DNA from: a virus
Lineage: Duplodnaviria > Caudoviricetes
IMG/VR virus record: IMGVR_UViG_3300009085_000025
Span: 1 to 64,000 of that record
Length of the DNA: 64,000 nt
Strand: one strand, 5' to 3'
Translations under genes and position numbers: made by a program
The notes under the pieces: generated by a model
What the model was told of the DNA's origin: nothing
The model's input: only the letters and a program-made list of their open reading frames with translations
Database searches by the model: none
Part shown: piece by piece, positions 45,016 through 54,831 of the stretch
How positions within the stretch are numbered: position 1 is the first letter of the stretch
Layout of the letters: the number at the start of each line of letters is the position of its first letter

Positions 45016-45327
45016 TTATTCCTCTACTTCGTTGATATCTGTGATTTTTGTGTTTATAATCATTCCTTCGTATGGAATAACTTCTTCACATGAGATAAAA
45101 ACAACGCAACAATCAAATAAGTGTAGCCAATAATTTCCCACGACTTCAGGATAATTTTCCGACCACATATAATCAATAACCTTTGACGAAGAACCATAAT
45201 CCGGATTCAAAACGTAGGTGCATTTCCATAATTTCAACATGTTATTTTTTTTCCTTGTTTTTCTTTTGCATAGCAATCCACTCATTATTTTCCACTGGTT
45301 TCTCTGGTAAATCCCACAAACCACCAA
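45016..45327 (-). CDS. Hypothetical protein (start probably MLKLWK)
   Basis: Tiles operon. Confidence 0.55.
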   Translation of the reverse strand: MVVCGIYQRNQWKIMSGLLCKRKTRKKNNMLKLWKCTYVLNPDYGSSSKVIDYMWSENYPEVVGNYWLHLFDCCVVFISCEEVIPYEGMIINTKITDINEVEE

Positions 45328-45622
45328 ACAACCAATCTGAAATCATCTCAGAATATCGAGATTCAATATAAATTCCCCAATGTCCAACATAAATTGTGTA
45401 AGCCTCAGATGTGTTGTACTTGATATTACGTTTCTTTAGTTCTTCTTTGATTTCTTTCTGGCTATAACGACCTCCGTATGATTTGCATTCAATTGAAAAA
45501 CCATCCATCCAAACACCCTTGATTAATCTGTCGCCTTTATTTACTGTCATATTATTTCTCCTTAATCTTCCATGAACCCAAGTATGTAATTTCATATTCC
45601 AAATCACCAAGCAAACTTTCAT
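45242..45622 (-). CDS. Hypothetical protein (start probably MTVNKG)
   Basis: AGGAG RBS before MTVNKG. Confidence 0.6.
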   Translation of the reverse strand: MKVCLVIWNMKLHTWVHGRLRRNNMTVNKGDRLIKGVWMDGFSIECKSYGGRYSQKEIKEELKKRNIKYNTSEAYTIYVGHWGIYIESRYSEMISDWLFGGLWDLPEKPVENNEWIAMQKKNKEKK

Positions 45623-45733
45623 CGAATTCAGATGTCTTGAATGTTTGCCACGCCGACCAATGATTATTGTTCCAAAAACGAATCTTCAGATATTTGACAC
45701 TCATTTTTTCATCCTTTTTGAAAATATATTTTT

Positions 45734-45785
45734 TATATAACCATGAGTATATTCTACCACAAAATGGTAGAATATACATAGGCTT
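45734..45785 (-). promoter_or_regulatory. Hairpin cassette family C
   Basis: 13-bp IR GTATATTCTACCA-5-TGGTAGAATATAC; TATG and CTCATGG flanks on - strand. Confidence 0.8.
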
Positions 45786-45798
45786 ATAAAACTAATTA

Positions 45799-46134
45799 TT
45801 ATTGTGGGTTACAAAAATCACAATTTTCAGGTCGTTCACCGTGCTTACAAAACGCAAAATCGTCACTTCTGTCGTAATCATATTCTTCTAATTTAATTAC
45901 GCGACCTTCGCATTCATTAGTCGTAATTTCGTCTTGAACACCATCCACAAAACCTTGTGCATAAACCTTATCCAATATTACATATAAATCATGAGTAACT
46001 TCTGTAAAACCATCGGCTCCAATCCTTGGATATTGAAACGGAGTAAAATATGGCGCATTCAAAGGAGAACCTTCTCTATCTGTATGTATAAAAGTTTCTC
46101 CGGTCAAAGTATTTAGAAAATATCTAGTTTTCAT
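45799..46134 (-). CDS. Hypothetical protein
   Basis: 111 aa, C-terminal C.H....C..C. Confidence 0.6.
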   Translation of the reverse strand: MKTRYFLNTLTGETFIHTDREGSPLNAPYFTPFQYPRIGADGFTEVTHDLYVILDKVYAQGFVDGVQDEITTNECEGRVIKLEEYDYDRSDDFAFCKHGERPENCDFCNPQ

Positions 46135-46514
46135 TATTCATTCACCTCAAGTTGAGATTCGTAAACATCCCACACATTGTCGTCTTGGTCTACGACAGAA
46201 ATCCACTTTCCACGGAATGAAACAATTGTTCCTCCAAATTGAAAAAATTCATCATTAGGCTGTGGAGTTACAATAACACACATTCCAACGGTAAACTTAT
46301 TGTCTGTCTTAACATCATATGAAACACCACCTTCATCGAAAGTAAATGTCACCGATTTTGCTCCTGATTTTTGTGCCTGACGAACAATATCAGCAACTTT
46401 TGCGGCGGGCTTCAACTCATCCACCAGTTTTCTTACTGCGCTTTGATTTGAAGTATTTTTTACCATGTTACAAAGTTCAACCCAAGTTGGTTCCACATCA
46501 ATAGTAATAGGCAT
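46134..46514 (-). CDS. Hypothetical two-domain protein (C-terminal KOW/SH3-like)
   Basis: AGGAG RBS; FTVGMCV...GTIV...VVDQDDNVWDV. Confidence 0.65.
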   Translation of the reverse strand: MPITIDVEPTWVELCNMVKNTSNQSAVRKLVDELKPAAKVADIVRQAQKSGAKSVTFTFDEGGVSYDVKTDNKFTVGMCVIVTPQPNDEFFQFGGTIVSFRGKWISVVDQDDNVWDVYESQLEVNE

Positions 46515-46543
46515 TTTATAATTCTCCTTGATATAAGTTTTTA

Positions 46544-46759
46544 TTATACATCTACAACTTCAATTTCAGATTTGTGACACATATATTCGAATCCATCAAT
46601 GATTACCATATAGTGTTCCCCGGTATATTCATATTCTATCGTTCCACGTTTACCAACAAGGCTATCAAATCTTTGGTCTCCAATGTTATTTTTAATAATA
46701 ACCACAGTTACATAGGATTCTTGTTCATCAACAACAGGTTTTTCCCAATAGTTAGTCAT
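46544..46759 (-). CDS. Hypothetical KOW/SH3-like protein
   Basis: 71 aa, VGKRGTI...YMV.ID. Confidence 0.6.
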   Translation of the reverse strand: MTNYWEKPVVDEQESYVTVVIIKNNIGDQRFDSLVGKRGTIEYEYTGEHYMVIIDGFEYMCHKSEIEVVDV

Positions 46760-46771
46760 ATTATTTATCCT

Positions 46772-47272
46772 TTATCCTTTTTGAGTTTCATTTCCACACA
46801 TGATACAATTTCCCATTTCGTCCGAAGTTGTGCTCATATCACAAAAATCGCACCAATCCGTATCAAGGCTATCTTCTTCATCCATCTTGATATATGGATA
46901 AAATTCCATTTCGTCAATATCGCTATTGAGCACATAATACCTAAAAATAATATCCCTAATTTCTGCGATTGGATTTATATCCCAATCAATATTGCTACCT
47001 AAAACATTTTCAATCATTTCGAAAATTTGACCATCAACAAAATCTTGTCGTTCAATTTGGGCATCGGTCAAACTTTCTGAGTCTGAGATGATGGCATTTT
47101 CCACAAATTCTTCTACCAAGTCAAATTTCTTTGCAAGTTTTTCAAATACGGAGTGCCAATCTGCAATTTCGCCATAAGATAATTCTTGGTCATTTATCCA
47201 GTGTTGCCATTCAATTGCATAATCACGCGCTTCCCCTGCTGTTTGTGCTTGTTTTACTGTATTAATATCCAT
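46772..47272 (-). CDS. Hypothetical acidic multi-domain protein
   Basis: 166 aa, AGGAG RBS. Confidence 0.7.
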   Translation of the reverse strand: MDINTVKQAQTAGEARDYAIEWQHWINDQELSYGEIADWHSVFEKLAKKFDLVEEFVENAIISDSESLTDAQIERQDFVDGQIFEMIENVLGSNIDWDINPIAEIRDIIFRYYVLNSDIDEMEFYPYIKMDEEDSLDTDWCDFCDMSTTSDEMGNCIMCGNETQKG

Positions 47273-47299
47273 ATTTTCTCCTTATGAATTTATCAAATA

Positions 47300-47346
47300 A
47301 TTGTACCATGAGTATTCCGAAGTTGTCAAGCTTCGGAATACATAAG
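47300..47346 (-). promoter_or_regulatory. Hairpin-promoter cassette family C, -35 in loop
   Basis: 11-bp IR GTATTCCGAAG/CTTCGGAATAC around TTGACA; TTGACA-18-TACAAT. Confidence 0.85.
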
Positions 47347-47350
47347 TTAA

Positions 47351-47893
47351 TTATTCAAAATAAATCAAGCCATCTTGAACATACGCACATAATTCCCCTT
47401 GTCTGTGTGCAATTTCCGTGAGTGCGTCACCATACTCACCCCAGATTTCAGGACTGTCCCAAAATCCAGCGCCATGATTATTTCTCGTCAACCAAAAATC
47501 ATGGGCGAATAACTCAAAATCCATTCCTGATTTTTCAAGAACATCTCGAATATTTTCAATGCATTCTATGAATACGCGGATGTCACCAAACATTTTTGTT
47601 TCAGCTTCTATTGAAAATTCAGCGCCATTCCATTCATATTCACTATTCACGTCCTCAGTAAAAAAGATGGCTTGTTTATAGTAGGGGAGTATCATATCCA
47701 CCAATTCTTCAATTGTTGGAATTCCAAAATCTTCTGAATTTTCACCTCCTCCAACCAAAGGATTATCAAGCCATAAGGATTTTGCCGACGAGTAACCCAA
47801 CCGTTCAACTAAATTATACATTTTATCCCAATACTCTAATTGCTCAAATTTAATATAATTTCCATGCACTGTATCAATCCAAGTTTTTCCCAT
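47351..47893 (-). CDS. Conserved phage early protein
   Basis: HDFWLTRNNHGAGFWD motif. Confidence 0.75.
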   Translation of the reverse strand: MGKTWIDTVHGNYIKFEQLEYWDKMYNLVERLGYSSAKSLWLDNPLVGGGENSEDFGIPTIEELVDMILPYYKQAIFFTEDVNSEYEWNGAEFSIEAETKMFGDIRVFIECIENIRDVLEKSGMDFELFAHDFWLTRNNHGAGFWDSPEIWGEYGDALTEIAHRQGELCAYVQDGLIYFE

Positions 47894-47905
47894 TGCATTT
47901 TCTCC

Positions 47906-48238
47906 TTAGCTCAATCTCAGTGTATATGATTCACCAACTTTTATTTTATTGAATTCAAGTCCAGCGTCTTCAATTGCATAATTTGAATTATAAATCATCA
48001 TCATATCATTGCTCATTTTTCTTGAGCGAATATATTGCTGAGTGTCATCAACCATATGACCATCTTTCCACATTCGCTTTTTGATTACATCAAATCCCTG
48101 CAACTTCAAACAATTCATGACATCATACAGGAACGTGGATTCTGGAAGAGCATATCCACCGTTTTTATATTTTTTAATGTCGGACGATTCTTTTGTTACT
48201 TTGCAATGTCCTGTTACAATATTCAATTGTACAATCAT
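47906..48238 (-). CDS. Conserved phage early protein
   Basis: ESTFLY...G.DVIKKRMWKDGHMVDD.QQYIR motif. Confidence 0.7.
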   Translation of the reverse strand: MIVQLNIVTGHCKVTKESSDIKKYKNGGYALPESTFLYDVMNCLKLQGFDVIKKRMWKDGHMVDDTQQYIRSRKMSNDMMMIYNSNYAIEDAGLEFNKIKVGESYTLRLS

Positions 48239-48240
48239 GA

Positions 48241-48675
48241 TTAAATTTCCTTAATAACGCTGGTGATATCGGAAAAACAATGTGGGCAAATGATTTCTAT
48301 CGTATCTTCTCCGTACCAATCCACGGCTTCGTAATCTACAACTTTTCCATTTTCATCCACTGTGGCGGGACGAGAACATAATGTAACAACATTTACCGTT
48401 TCTAATTTTTCTTCACATTCAGGGCATTTCATAATTTTCTCCTTTTGAAAACTGGATTTTTGGATGGACTTCAAAGTTTTTCTGCTTTCTTCTGTTTGCC
48501 TAAACCCATACGATGAAACCCCATGGATATAAGTCAGGAATGATGGAGTCATTTCAGAAACAATATGTGGATATTGTTTCGCACAATTTTTCATGGCTTG
48601 TGAAATTCTTTTACCTTTGCAATCTACTCTAAACCCCGTAGAGAGTAAAATGCTGTATGATACATCTTTTCGCAT
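48241..48675 (-). CDS. Hypothetical protein with C-terminal zinc ribbon
   Basis: CPEC...CPHC; AGGAG RBS. Confidence 0.65.
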   Translation of the reverse strand: MRKDVSYSILLSTGFRVDCKGKRISQAMKNCAKQYPHIVSEMTPSFLTYIHGVSSYGFRQTEESRKTLKSIQKSSFQKEKIMKCPECEEKLETVNVVTLCSRPATVDENGKVVDYEAVDWYGEDTIEIICPHCFSDITSVIKEI

Positions 48676-48698
48676 GATTTTCTCCTTATAAATATATT

Positions 48699-48750
48699 AG
48701 AATAACTCAAAACTGTAAATAAGAAATAATCTTATTTACAGATGTTCAAT
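48699..48750 (-). promoter_or_regulatory. Hairpin cassette family A
   Basis: 12-bp IR CTGTAAATAAGA-5-TCTTATTTACAG; TTGAACAT and TTGAGTTATT flanks. Confidence 0.8.
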
Positions 48751-48759
48751 TATCCTACA

Positions 48760-49380
48760 TCAACTAATTTTTCCGTGTTCATTGAAATCATAATCATTTG
48801 CAATCATAGTATTCGCAATCGCCTCATCGCTACATTGATACTCGTAGACGCTTCGCAAATCTTTCAATGCCTCTTCCATTTTGTCATCAAAGATTTCCAC
48901 GGCATCATCTAAAATTTGCTCCGCCTTTCTATTCAATTCCAATATTTCTTCATCCGAATAGCCATCATAATCTTCATTGTATTCATAGCCTTCAAAATCA
49001 TATTCCAACTTTGTGTTTCGTTCTCTGGATGGACAATCATCAATCTTAATATTAGCCATATCCCAAATTTCCTTCGGAATTTTTAGGAATTTACGAGCAA
49101 TATCTTCATCAACAAATTCCGCATCAACAAACTGGATATACCATTCTCTATCAATCGAGAAATACAATTTCTTATAACTTAATAAATCATCAGTGTTAGG
49201 CGCTCCAATTTCAATTCCCATCCGTTCAAATTCCCCAGATGAAAATCCCGTTTTGCAATCATAATCATACCACCAATCATCTTCAACATTAAAGGTTCGA
49301 TATCTGTCATAAATTTTTTCTTTCAAATCATCATCCGCTTCTTCAAATTTCCATGTAGTATATTGTTTAATTGTAGGCAT
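48760..49380 (-). CDS. Highly acidic phage early protein (possible DNA mimic)
   Basis: Y.F.E.....KE.....R N-terminus and YEY..SDEA......ANDY.F...G C-terminus; D/E-rich. Confidence 0.65.
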   Translation of the reverse strand: MPTIKQYTTWKFEEADDDLKEKIYDRYRTFNVEDDWWYDYDCKTGFSSGEFERMGIEIGAPNTDDLLSYKKLYFSIDREWYIQFVDAEFVDEDIARKFLKIPKEIWDMANIKIDDCPSRERNTKLEYDFEGYEYNEDYDGYSDEEILELNRKAEQILDDAVEIFDDKMEEALKDLRSVYEYQCSDEAIANTMIANDYDFNEHGKIS

Positions 49381-49391
49381 ATTATTCTCCT

Positions 49392-49703
49392 TTAGTTTTC
49401 AACACTCATGCTCAATTGAAAAACAAAATCATCAACATCACAGTTTTCATTCTCAGGAAGTTTGGATAATTTCTCGAAAATTTTTGTAACTGTTTTCACA
49501 CGTAATCCATTGAAATGCACACCATCAAAACTACCTGCAATTGTTTTTTCACTCTCGGTTACAACAAAATGAAAGGGATAGAAAAACCACTTGGAACCCA
49601 AATCATTTGAATAACTCCAAGCATTGTTGATGCTGTCAAATAATTCACGTTCAATAACGTAATCGCCATCAAAACTCATGCACATCAATTTATATTTTGC
49701 CAT
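49392..49703 (-). CDS. Conserved phage early protein
   Basis: CMSFDGDYV.E...W....DLGSKWFFYPFHFV. Confidence 0.7.
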   Translation of the reverse strand: MAKYKLMCMSFDGDYVIERELFDSINNAWSYSNDLGSKWFFYPFHFVVTESEKTIAGSFDGVHFNGLRVKTVTKIFEKLSKLPENENCDVDDFVFQLSMSVEN

Positions 49704-49704
49704 T

Positions 49705-49941
49705 TTATTTTCCTTCGTTTTTCAATTTTGTATTATATAATTTTGCCACAATTCTTATTTCTTTTTCTGTTGGAAGTGAATGTTCCATAGTGCTAAAGCA
49801 TGGAACATCTTCCTTTGGTAAATATGCTTCCCAACCCCTATAATGAAGAGTCCACCACACATTTCCATTACTAGAAGTAAAACAAGTATATCCGTCATCA
49901 TCAATATATATTTCAAAATCTTTTATTTCTGACATTTTCAT
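49705..49941 (-). CDS. Hypothetical protein
   Basis: AGGAG RBS. Confidence 0.6.
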   Translation of the reverse strand: MKMSEIKDFEIYIDDDGYTCFTSSNGNVWWTLHYRGWEAYLPKEDVPCFSTMEHSLPTEKEIRIVAKLYNTKLKNEGK

Positions 49942-49967
49942 TCTCCTTATAAAATATAATAGTTTCT

Positions 49968-50018
49968 AGTATAACTCAAATATTCCCACGAGTCAAATCT
50001 CATGGGAATATGTTCAAT
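49968..50018 (-). promoter_or_regulatory. Hairpin-promoter cassette family A
   Basis: 13-bp IR with one G-U pair on - strand; TTGACT-17-TATACT. Confidence 0.85.
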
Positions 50019-50022
50019 CATA

Positions 50023-50223
50023 CTAAGCCTTATGTTTTATCGTCCAGCCATGTTGTATGTTATCCAACAATAAAATAAAAATCCCTTTGTCAAAACCAAC
50101 ATATGCAACATTGCCTTTTGCTGAACGCACTTCAAGCATCAAATTTCCACGCCTAATCTCAAAAGTATACTTGGAAATTGTTATTCTATCGCCTTCAAGG
50201 AAAGTGTATTCACCGATTTTCAT
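50023..50223 (-). CDS. Hypothetical protein
   Basis: 66 aa, tiles operon. Confidence 0.6.
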   Translation of the reverse strand: MKIGEYTFLEGDRITISKYTFEIRRGNLMLEVRSAKGNVAYVGFDKGIFILLLDNIQHGWTIKHKA

Positions 50224-50528
50224 GATGCCTCCAAAGAATTATTGTTGAAACTAATCCATGTATTATAGAAGTTATGCTCATCTTCAAATTCCCCCAACTC
50301 AATGTCAAAAGAAAAAATAATCTCATCGATTTCTTTTTTCCATAATTCACCAACATGTGACAACAAATCATATCGAAAACCATATTCATTTTCACCTTCT
50401 TCATATTGCTCATCATAATAGCAGAAGAAAATATGGTTATCAGGATGTAATTCAACAACAGAATTTCCATTGACAATATCAACTCTTCCATTTGGGTATG
50501 TATTTTTAATCATTCTCCACCATCCCAA
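50220..50528 (-). CDS. Hypothetical acidic protein
   Basis: Tiles operon. Confidence 0.6.
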   Translation of the reverse strand: MGWWRMIKNTYPNGRVDIVNGNSVVELHPDNHIFFCYYDEQYEEGENEYGFRYDLLSHVGELWKKEIDEIIFSFDIELGEFEDEHNFYNTWISFNNNSLEAS

Positions 50529-50719
50529 AAATCAACAATTTCCATATTGCGATATTCAATTTCGCGGATAAAATCAATGGTATATTCCGGCATAATATAT
50601 GTAACATTATTAGCAAATACATCTAAAGTATCTGTGCTATGAAAAATCCAAGTTCGATGTTCATATGTTTTATCTTTCAAAAAAGCCACAACCTTATAAA
50701 AGTATGATGTTTTATCCAT
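50510..50719 (-). CDS. Hypothetical protein
   Basis: AGGAG RBS after cassette. Confidence 0.6.
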   Translation of the reverse strand: MDKTSYFYKVVAFLKDKTYEHRTWIFHSTDTLDVFANNVTYIMPEYTIDFIREIEYRNMEIVDFWDGGE

Positions 50720-50740
50720 GTTTTTCTCCTTATGATAATA

Positions 50741-50787
50741 TAATAACTCAAAACTACATATGAAGTTTTCATATGTAGATGTTCAAT
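50741..50787 (-). promoter_or_regulatory. Hairpin cassette family A
   Basis: 11-bp IR CTACATATGAA-3-TTCATATGTAG; TTGAACAT and TTGAGTTATT flanks. Confidence 0.8.
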
Positions 50788-50789
50788 CA

Positions 50790-51308
50790 TTATACCTTCT
50801 TCAGATTATAAATTTCTTTCCAGCTAAAATCAACGGGAAATTTTTCAACATATCCAAATTCGTTTGTAATTTCTCCTTCAACCCAAACCCAGTTTGCATT
50901 AATCTTTATGGTATCAATTTTCATTTCATACTTATCTAACACGATGATTGTGTCATGATATCCAACAGTTTCAAAATCTTCAATTCGTAAAATTTCTAAA
51001 ATATTATCCAAATCAGATAATCGAACACCCCAAGTCCCAGTGGTTCCCTGAGAAAGAACATGACCCACACTATATCCAACTTTATAGCAAAAATCATAAG
51101 CTTCCATAACTTCTGCTTCTGTTAATTCATCTAGAAAATGCAACCAAGTAAGATGTGCAATTTTCAGAATGAAATTAGCTAGAGCATTTGTATCAGGCTC
51201 AATATTTCCATATTTAGCCGGAGTGGTTGGAGAATATTTACATGCGTTCTCCATAATTTCCCCTAGTTGTTTTGCAATTGCCTGTTTCTTGATATATTGT
51301 GTATTCAT
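50790..51308 (-). CDS. Hypothetical protein
   Basis: 172 aa, AGGAG RBS. Confidence 0.65.
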   Translation of the reverse strand: MNTQYIKKQAIAKQLGEIMENACKYSPTTPAKYGNIEPDTNALANFILKIAHLTWLHFLDELTEAEVMEAYDFCYKVGYSVGHVLSQGTTGTWGVRLSDLDNILEILRIEDFETVGYHDTIIVLDKYEMKIDTIKINANWVWVEGEITNEFGYVEKFPVDFSWKEIYNLKKV

Positions 51309-51310
51309 TT

Positions 51311-51520
51311 TTATTCTCCTGTAATTTCTAATCGTTTTGAAAAAACATCATATGATACTTTTACTGGCTCCAAGATTACAAAATCTTTTGGATTATTCCA
51401 AATTTCGCCAGATTCGGTTACGACTCTTCCGTCATTATTATTCGTAAATGAAATTGATTTCACTCGAACAATTTTTCCATCGTAATCCCTATCACCAAAA
51501 TAAAATCTTACTCTAAACAT
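51311..51520 (-). CDS. Hypothetical protein
   Basis: AGGAG RBS. Confidence 0.6.
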   Translation of the reverse strand: MFRVRFYFGDRDYDGKIVRVKSISFTNNNDGRVVTESGEIWNNPKDFVILEPVKVSYDVFSKRLEITGE

Positions 51521-51529
51521 TTTATTCTC

Positions 51530-51763
51530 CTAATAAAAAACATCTATTTTTATGTTTGAATATAACTCATCAAACTTTTCCTGTGAAATTTGCTCAATAT
51601 CATGTCCACCTTCACAGTTATAATCATATCCACGAGGAATTAGATAGATATATTTTTTGCCAATCTTTATCTTTGCAATTCCAACTGGTGTACTGCACGT
51701 CAATTCTCTAAAAGAACCCATTCTTTCATAAACACTTATTAATTCGATGTCGCCTTGTTTCAT
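51530..51763 (-). CDS. Hypothetical protein
   Basis: Tiles operon. Confidence 0.6.
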   Translation of the reverse strand: MKQGDIELISVYERMGSFRELTCSTPVGIAKIKIGKKYIYLIPRGYDYNCEGGHDIEQISQEKFDELYSNIKIDVFY

Positions 51764-51981
51764 AATTCATTCTCCATATGTTTTATTTTCTGTTCAACAT
51801 AAGCCAACAATTCACGCAATTCCCTGACGGCATATTCAAATTCGGACTTTCTCAACTCAGATAGTTTTTTCTGATTATTTCCACCAAGAATTTCATATGA
51901 CGATAGAGATGCGCTTGCAGTTGTTCTTTTTAATGCAACTTGAAACAATAACTCCGATAAAGGCTTTTTGATATCGTTCAT
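51760..51981 (-). CDS. Hypothetical protein
   Basis: AGGAG RBS after cassette. Confidence 0.6.
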   Translation of the reverse strand: MNDIKKPLSELLFQVALKRTTASASLSSYEILGGNNQKKLSELRKSEFEYAVRELRELLAYVEQKIKHMENEL

Positions 51982-52004
51982 AACTTCTCCTTATAGATTT
52001 TGAC

Positions 52005-52053
52005 TAATAAAAATCCATGAAACTAATCTTTCATGGATTTTTATTAATCCCCC
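52005..52053 (-). promoter_or_regulatory. Hairpin cassette family B (terminator-like)
   Basis: 18-bp IR TAATAAAAATCCATGAAA-6-TTTCATGGATTTTTATTA, followed by ATCCCCC. Confidence 0.8.
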
Positions 52054-52063
52054 TTGATTTTAT

Positions 52064-52399
52064 TTATCCGTATCTCGCTTCTTCTTCATCAAATTCTGCG
52101 GTGTCGCCAGTAAAATTACCGTTTCCGTCATATTGACAACTTCCAGCACAGTTATTGCAGTATCCTGATTGATACCGATGAGAATTATCATCTTCATCAA
52201 AAAAATTACTTTTGTCACTAAAAGCAATTGAAGTAGTATCAATTAACTCATCGCCATTATTATCATAAATATCGAAAATAAAACCTTCGCTGGTCAGAAT
52301 TACGGCGACCATAAATTTTTCATTCATGACAATATTGCAACGAGTGCTATCCGATTCTTCTAAGTGTAAAACGCCTTTGATTAATTTCATTCTTCCCAT
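52064..52399 (-). CDS. Hypothetical acidic protein
   Basis: 111 aa, C-terminal C..C...C. Confidence 0.6.
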   Translation of the reverse strand: MGRMKLIKGVLHLEESDSTRCNIVMNEKFMVAVILTSEGFIFDIYDNNGDELIDTTSIAFSDKSNFFDEDDNSHRYQSGYCNNCAGSCQYDGNGNFTGDTAEFDEEEARYG

Positions 52400-52929
52400 C
52401 CACTTTCTGCACCATCTTCTGGATTATCCATTGGCTCACAGGGTTTTTCATCCTTATAAATTAGATAATCTGGAAGTGAAAAATACAAGAAATTTCCAGT
52501 CGAATCCGCGTCGACTTGCCCCGGAAAACACGGTGAACAAAGATTTCCACGAGCCGTAGTTTTACTCCAAATAACTTGAATTGTAAATTCACGAAGAATT
52601 CCAGCAAATTCACCATTCTCATCATGAAAATAAATTCCTTCTTCATCTCTCTTCCAATCGCCAACCAATTTTTCGTGTGCGCCATCACATTCGATATAAT
52701 CAAATTCCTTTTGCTTTGACCAGCCACATGCTTGACAATCCCCATCTACATCCAGCAAATATTCACATTCTGGACAATCCTGAATTTCTTCAATATCTCG
52801 ATATGCTGTCTCACAATCTAAACAAATATCATTATCCAAATATTCCCAATTGATAGAGTTTGTTGAATAAACTCCGGTGGTTGGTACTTCTGAATCCACG
52901 TAAAATCCATAGTGATTTACCATTGTCAT
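52387..52929 (-). CDS. Cys-rich acidic hypothetical protein
   Basis: Multiple CxxC, CSPCFPGQ.D; AGGAG RBS. Confidence 0.7.
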   Translation of the reverse strand: MTMVNHYGFYVDSEVPTTGVYSTNSINWEYLDNDICLDCETAYRDIEEIQDCPECEYLLDVDGDCQACGWSKQKEFDYIECDGAHEKLVGDWKRDEEGIYFHDENGEFAGILREFTIQVIWSKTTARGNLCSPCFPGQVDADSTGNFLYFSLPDYLIYKDEKPCEPMDNPEDGAESGWEE

Positions 52930-53111
52930 TTTATTCTCCTATGATATTTAAAAAATCGTTATGTAAATAATTATTGTGGCGAAACTCGCACCAATCACAG
53001 TGCCTAGAAAAACCCCAATAAGAAGTGCGCGACGATGAACAAACACCGTCTTTTTATCCCAAAATTTATTTATTCTGTCAATTTCTGCTTGTATATCTCG
53101 CATAAGTTATC

Positions 53112-53339
53112 CTAACTTTCAAAATCAACATCATATTCTACGACGACAGTTTTTACAATTGAAATATAATCCATCAGAAAATTTATTCCAGCAAGATTTC
53201 CATAATTTTTCAAAAGAAATCCTAGCGCATCGTCATAACTTGAAAAATCATTCCACGGTTCGTCTGCTATTTTTCTATTCACTTTCACCCTATATGATTC
53301 GTAGAAATTACGCAGGGTTGAAGTCGTTTTTATTTCCAT
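53112..53339 (-). CDS. Hypothetical protein
   Basis: AGGAG RBS. Confidence 0.6.
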   Translation of the reverse strand: MEIKTTSTLRNFYESYRVKVNRKIADEPWNDFSSYDDALGFLLKNYGNLAGINFLMDYISIVKTVVVEYDVDFES

Positions 53340-53355
53340 GTTTTCTCCTTGTTTT

Positions 53356-53562
53356 TTATTTTATAAGATGTACTATCTTTGAAATTTCCACTTGAATTTT
53401 CCAAAATTCAGTTTGACAGGCATTATATTTTTCCAACAATTCATCTGGAACATCAATGCCATGTTCTTCAAGAAAATCATTTCCGTACATTCCATCAGTA
53501 TATTCTTTATCATACATTTGATAAATCATGGGGTCGTGATTTTGGATGTAAACTTTCGTCAT
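53356..53562 (-). CDS. Hypothetical protein
   Basis: AGGAG RBS after cassette. Confidence 0.65.
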   Translation of the reverse strand: MTKVYIQNHDPMIYQMYDKEYTDGMYGNDFLEEHGIDVPDELLEKYNACQTEFWKIQVEISKIVHLIK

Positions 53563-53582
53563 AATTTCTCCTTGGTTATTTT

Positions 53583-53627
53583 ATAATTCCATGATTGCCA
53601 CAGAATTTTTTCTGTGGCAAATAAGAT
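53583..53627 (-). promoter_or_regulatory. Hairpin cassette family C
   Basis: 11-bp IR TTGCCACAGAA-4-TTCTGTGGCAA; CTTAT and TCATGG flanks. Confidence 0.8.
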
Positions 53628-53634
53628 TATAAAA

Positions 53635-54141
53635 CTACAAACACCAGTAAGTGTTTCCGTCAATTTCACCAGAAGTGAAATCCACCTTGAAATCTTCGGC
53701 AACACCATCCCAATCAATATTATTCGCCAACCAGCTTGGCAAATCTCTCATTTCACTGAATAAATCTGGAACCAAATCATTCTTGATATAATCAACAAAA
53801 TAATCATCGTGAATTAGAGTAGCGCCATATTTCCAGTTATCGCAATAACCTTGAAATTCATCTTCAAAATCATCAAGTTGTTTGAATTCTTTTTCTAAAT
53901 CAGAAAGATTTGCTTTTAGCGATTCTATATTCTTCTCCGCTTCTTTTATTTCATCCTGATTTTTCTTTATTTCTTCTTCCGTCATATCTTCAACATTATC
54001 AATCTCATCCTGCAAATCAGAAATTTCCCCATCGAGCTCCTCAATTTCTTCCTTACAATCATAAATTTCGCTATCCAATTCACTGATTCGATTGATAATA
54101 TCCCGACTGTCACCGTACTTATCACCTATATCAAAAGCCAT
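53635..54141 (-). CDS. ArdA-like antirestriction (DNA mimic) protein
   Basis: Extremely acidic; C-terminal LPSWLANNIDWDGVAEDFKVDF...DGNTYW resembles the ArdA C-terminal domain. Confidence 0.65.
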   Translation of the reverse strand: MAFDIGDKYGDSRDIINRISELDSEIYDCKEEIEELDGEISDLQDEIDNVEDMTEEEIKKNQDEIKEAEKNIESLKANLSDLEKEFKQLDDFEDEFQGYCDNWKYGATLIHDDYFVDYIKNDLVPDLFSEMRDLPSWLANNIDWDGVAEDFKVDFTSGEIDGNTYWCL

Positions 54142-54156
54142 AATATTCTCTCCTTT

Positions 54157-54510
54157 TTACCATGAAATCCAGAAGATTAATTCCGTAACATCCTCTGTTG
54201 TATCTTTATAATTATAAAATTCATGCTCAATATCAAACACCATACAAATCAAATCAAAAAGTTCCAAATTGCCATTGTCTTTAATTTGATTCCTTCGAAT
54301 TTTACAATAACTATCATTGCGAAATTCCACATCGTTATTGCTGAACATTTCTAGGATGTCTGGATTTTGCCACAAATTATTATTATTCAAGTATCGTTCA
54401 ACATTATCCCATTCCAAAATCTTTTTTGTTTCAAAACAACTAGCTAAATCTCGGTCTGTTCTATACAGTGACGATTGCATTTTTTCTCCTTTACCAATCT
54501 GTTGTTTCAA
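54157..54510 (-). CDS. Hypothetical protein (start probably MQSSLY)
   Basis: AGGAG RBS before MQSSLY. Confidence 0.6.
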   Translation of the reverse strand: MKQQIGKGEKMQSSLYRTDRDLASCFETKKILEWDNVERYLNNNNLWQNPDILEMFSNNDVEFRNDSYCKIRRNQIKDNGNLELFDLICMVFDIEHEFYNYKDTTEDVTELIFWISW

Positions 54511-54811
54511 TTAAATCATCAAAAGCGCCCTTAGTAATCATAATTGGGTCGCCAGATAAATTCAGCACATTATCCCATTTGTCCATGAATACAGTAAATT
54601 CTTTTATTCTTTTATCTGTATCTTCCACGAAAACTTCTTCTTCATTTAATCTATTTGGATTTATAATTTCCGTGAAGAAAGAAGCGCCCATAGCATTACA
54701 AAACTCCGTAATCCATTCATTCTTATTCATGATTTTTCTTACAATTTCCAGTTGTTCTTTTCTGGCACGTTTATAAAAAGCTTCAAACTCCATATCAAGT
54801 AATTTGCTCAT
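54491..54811 (-). CDS. Hypothetical protein
   Basis: AGGAG RBS after cassette. Confidence 0.65.
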   Translation of the reverse strand: MSKLLDMEFEAFYKRARKEQLEIVRKIMNKNEWITEFCNAMGASFFTEIINPNRLNEEEVFVEDTDKRIKEFTVFMDKWDNVLNLSGDPIMITKGAFDDLIETTDW

Positions 54812-54831
54812 ATTTTCTCCTTATCAAAATA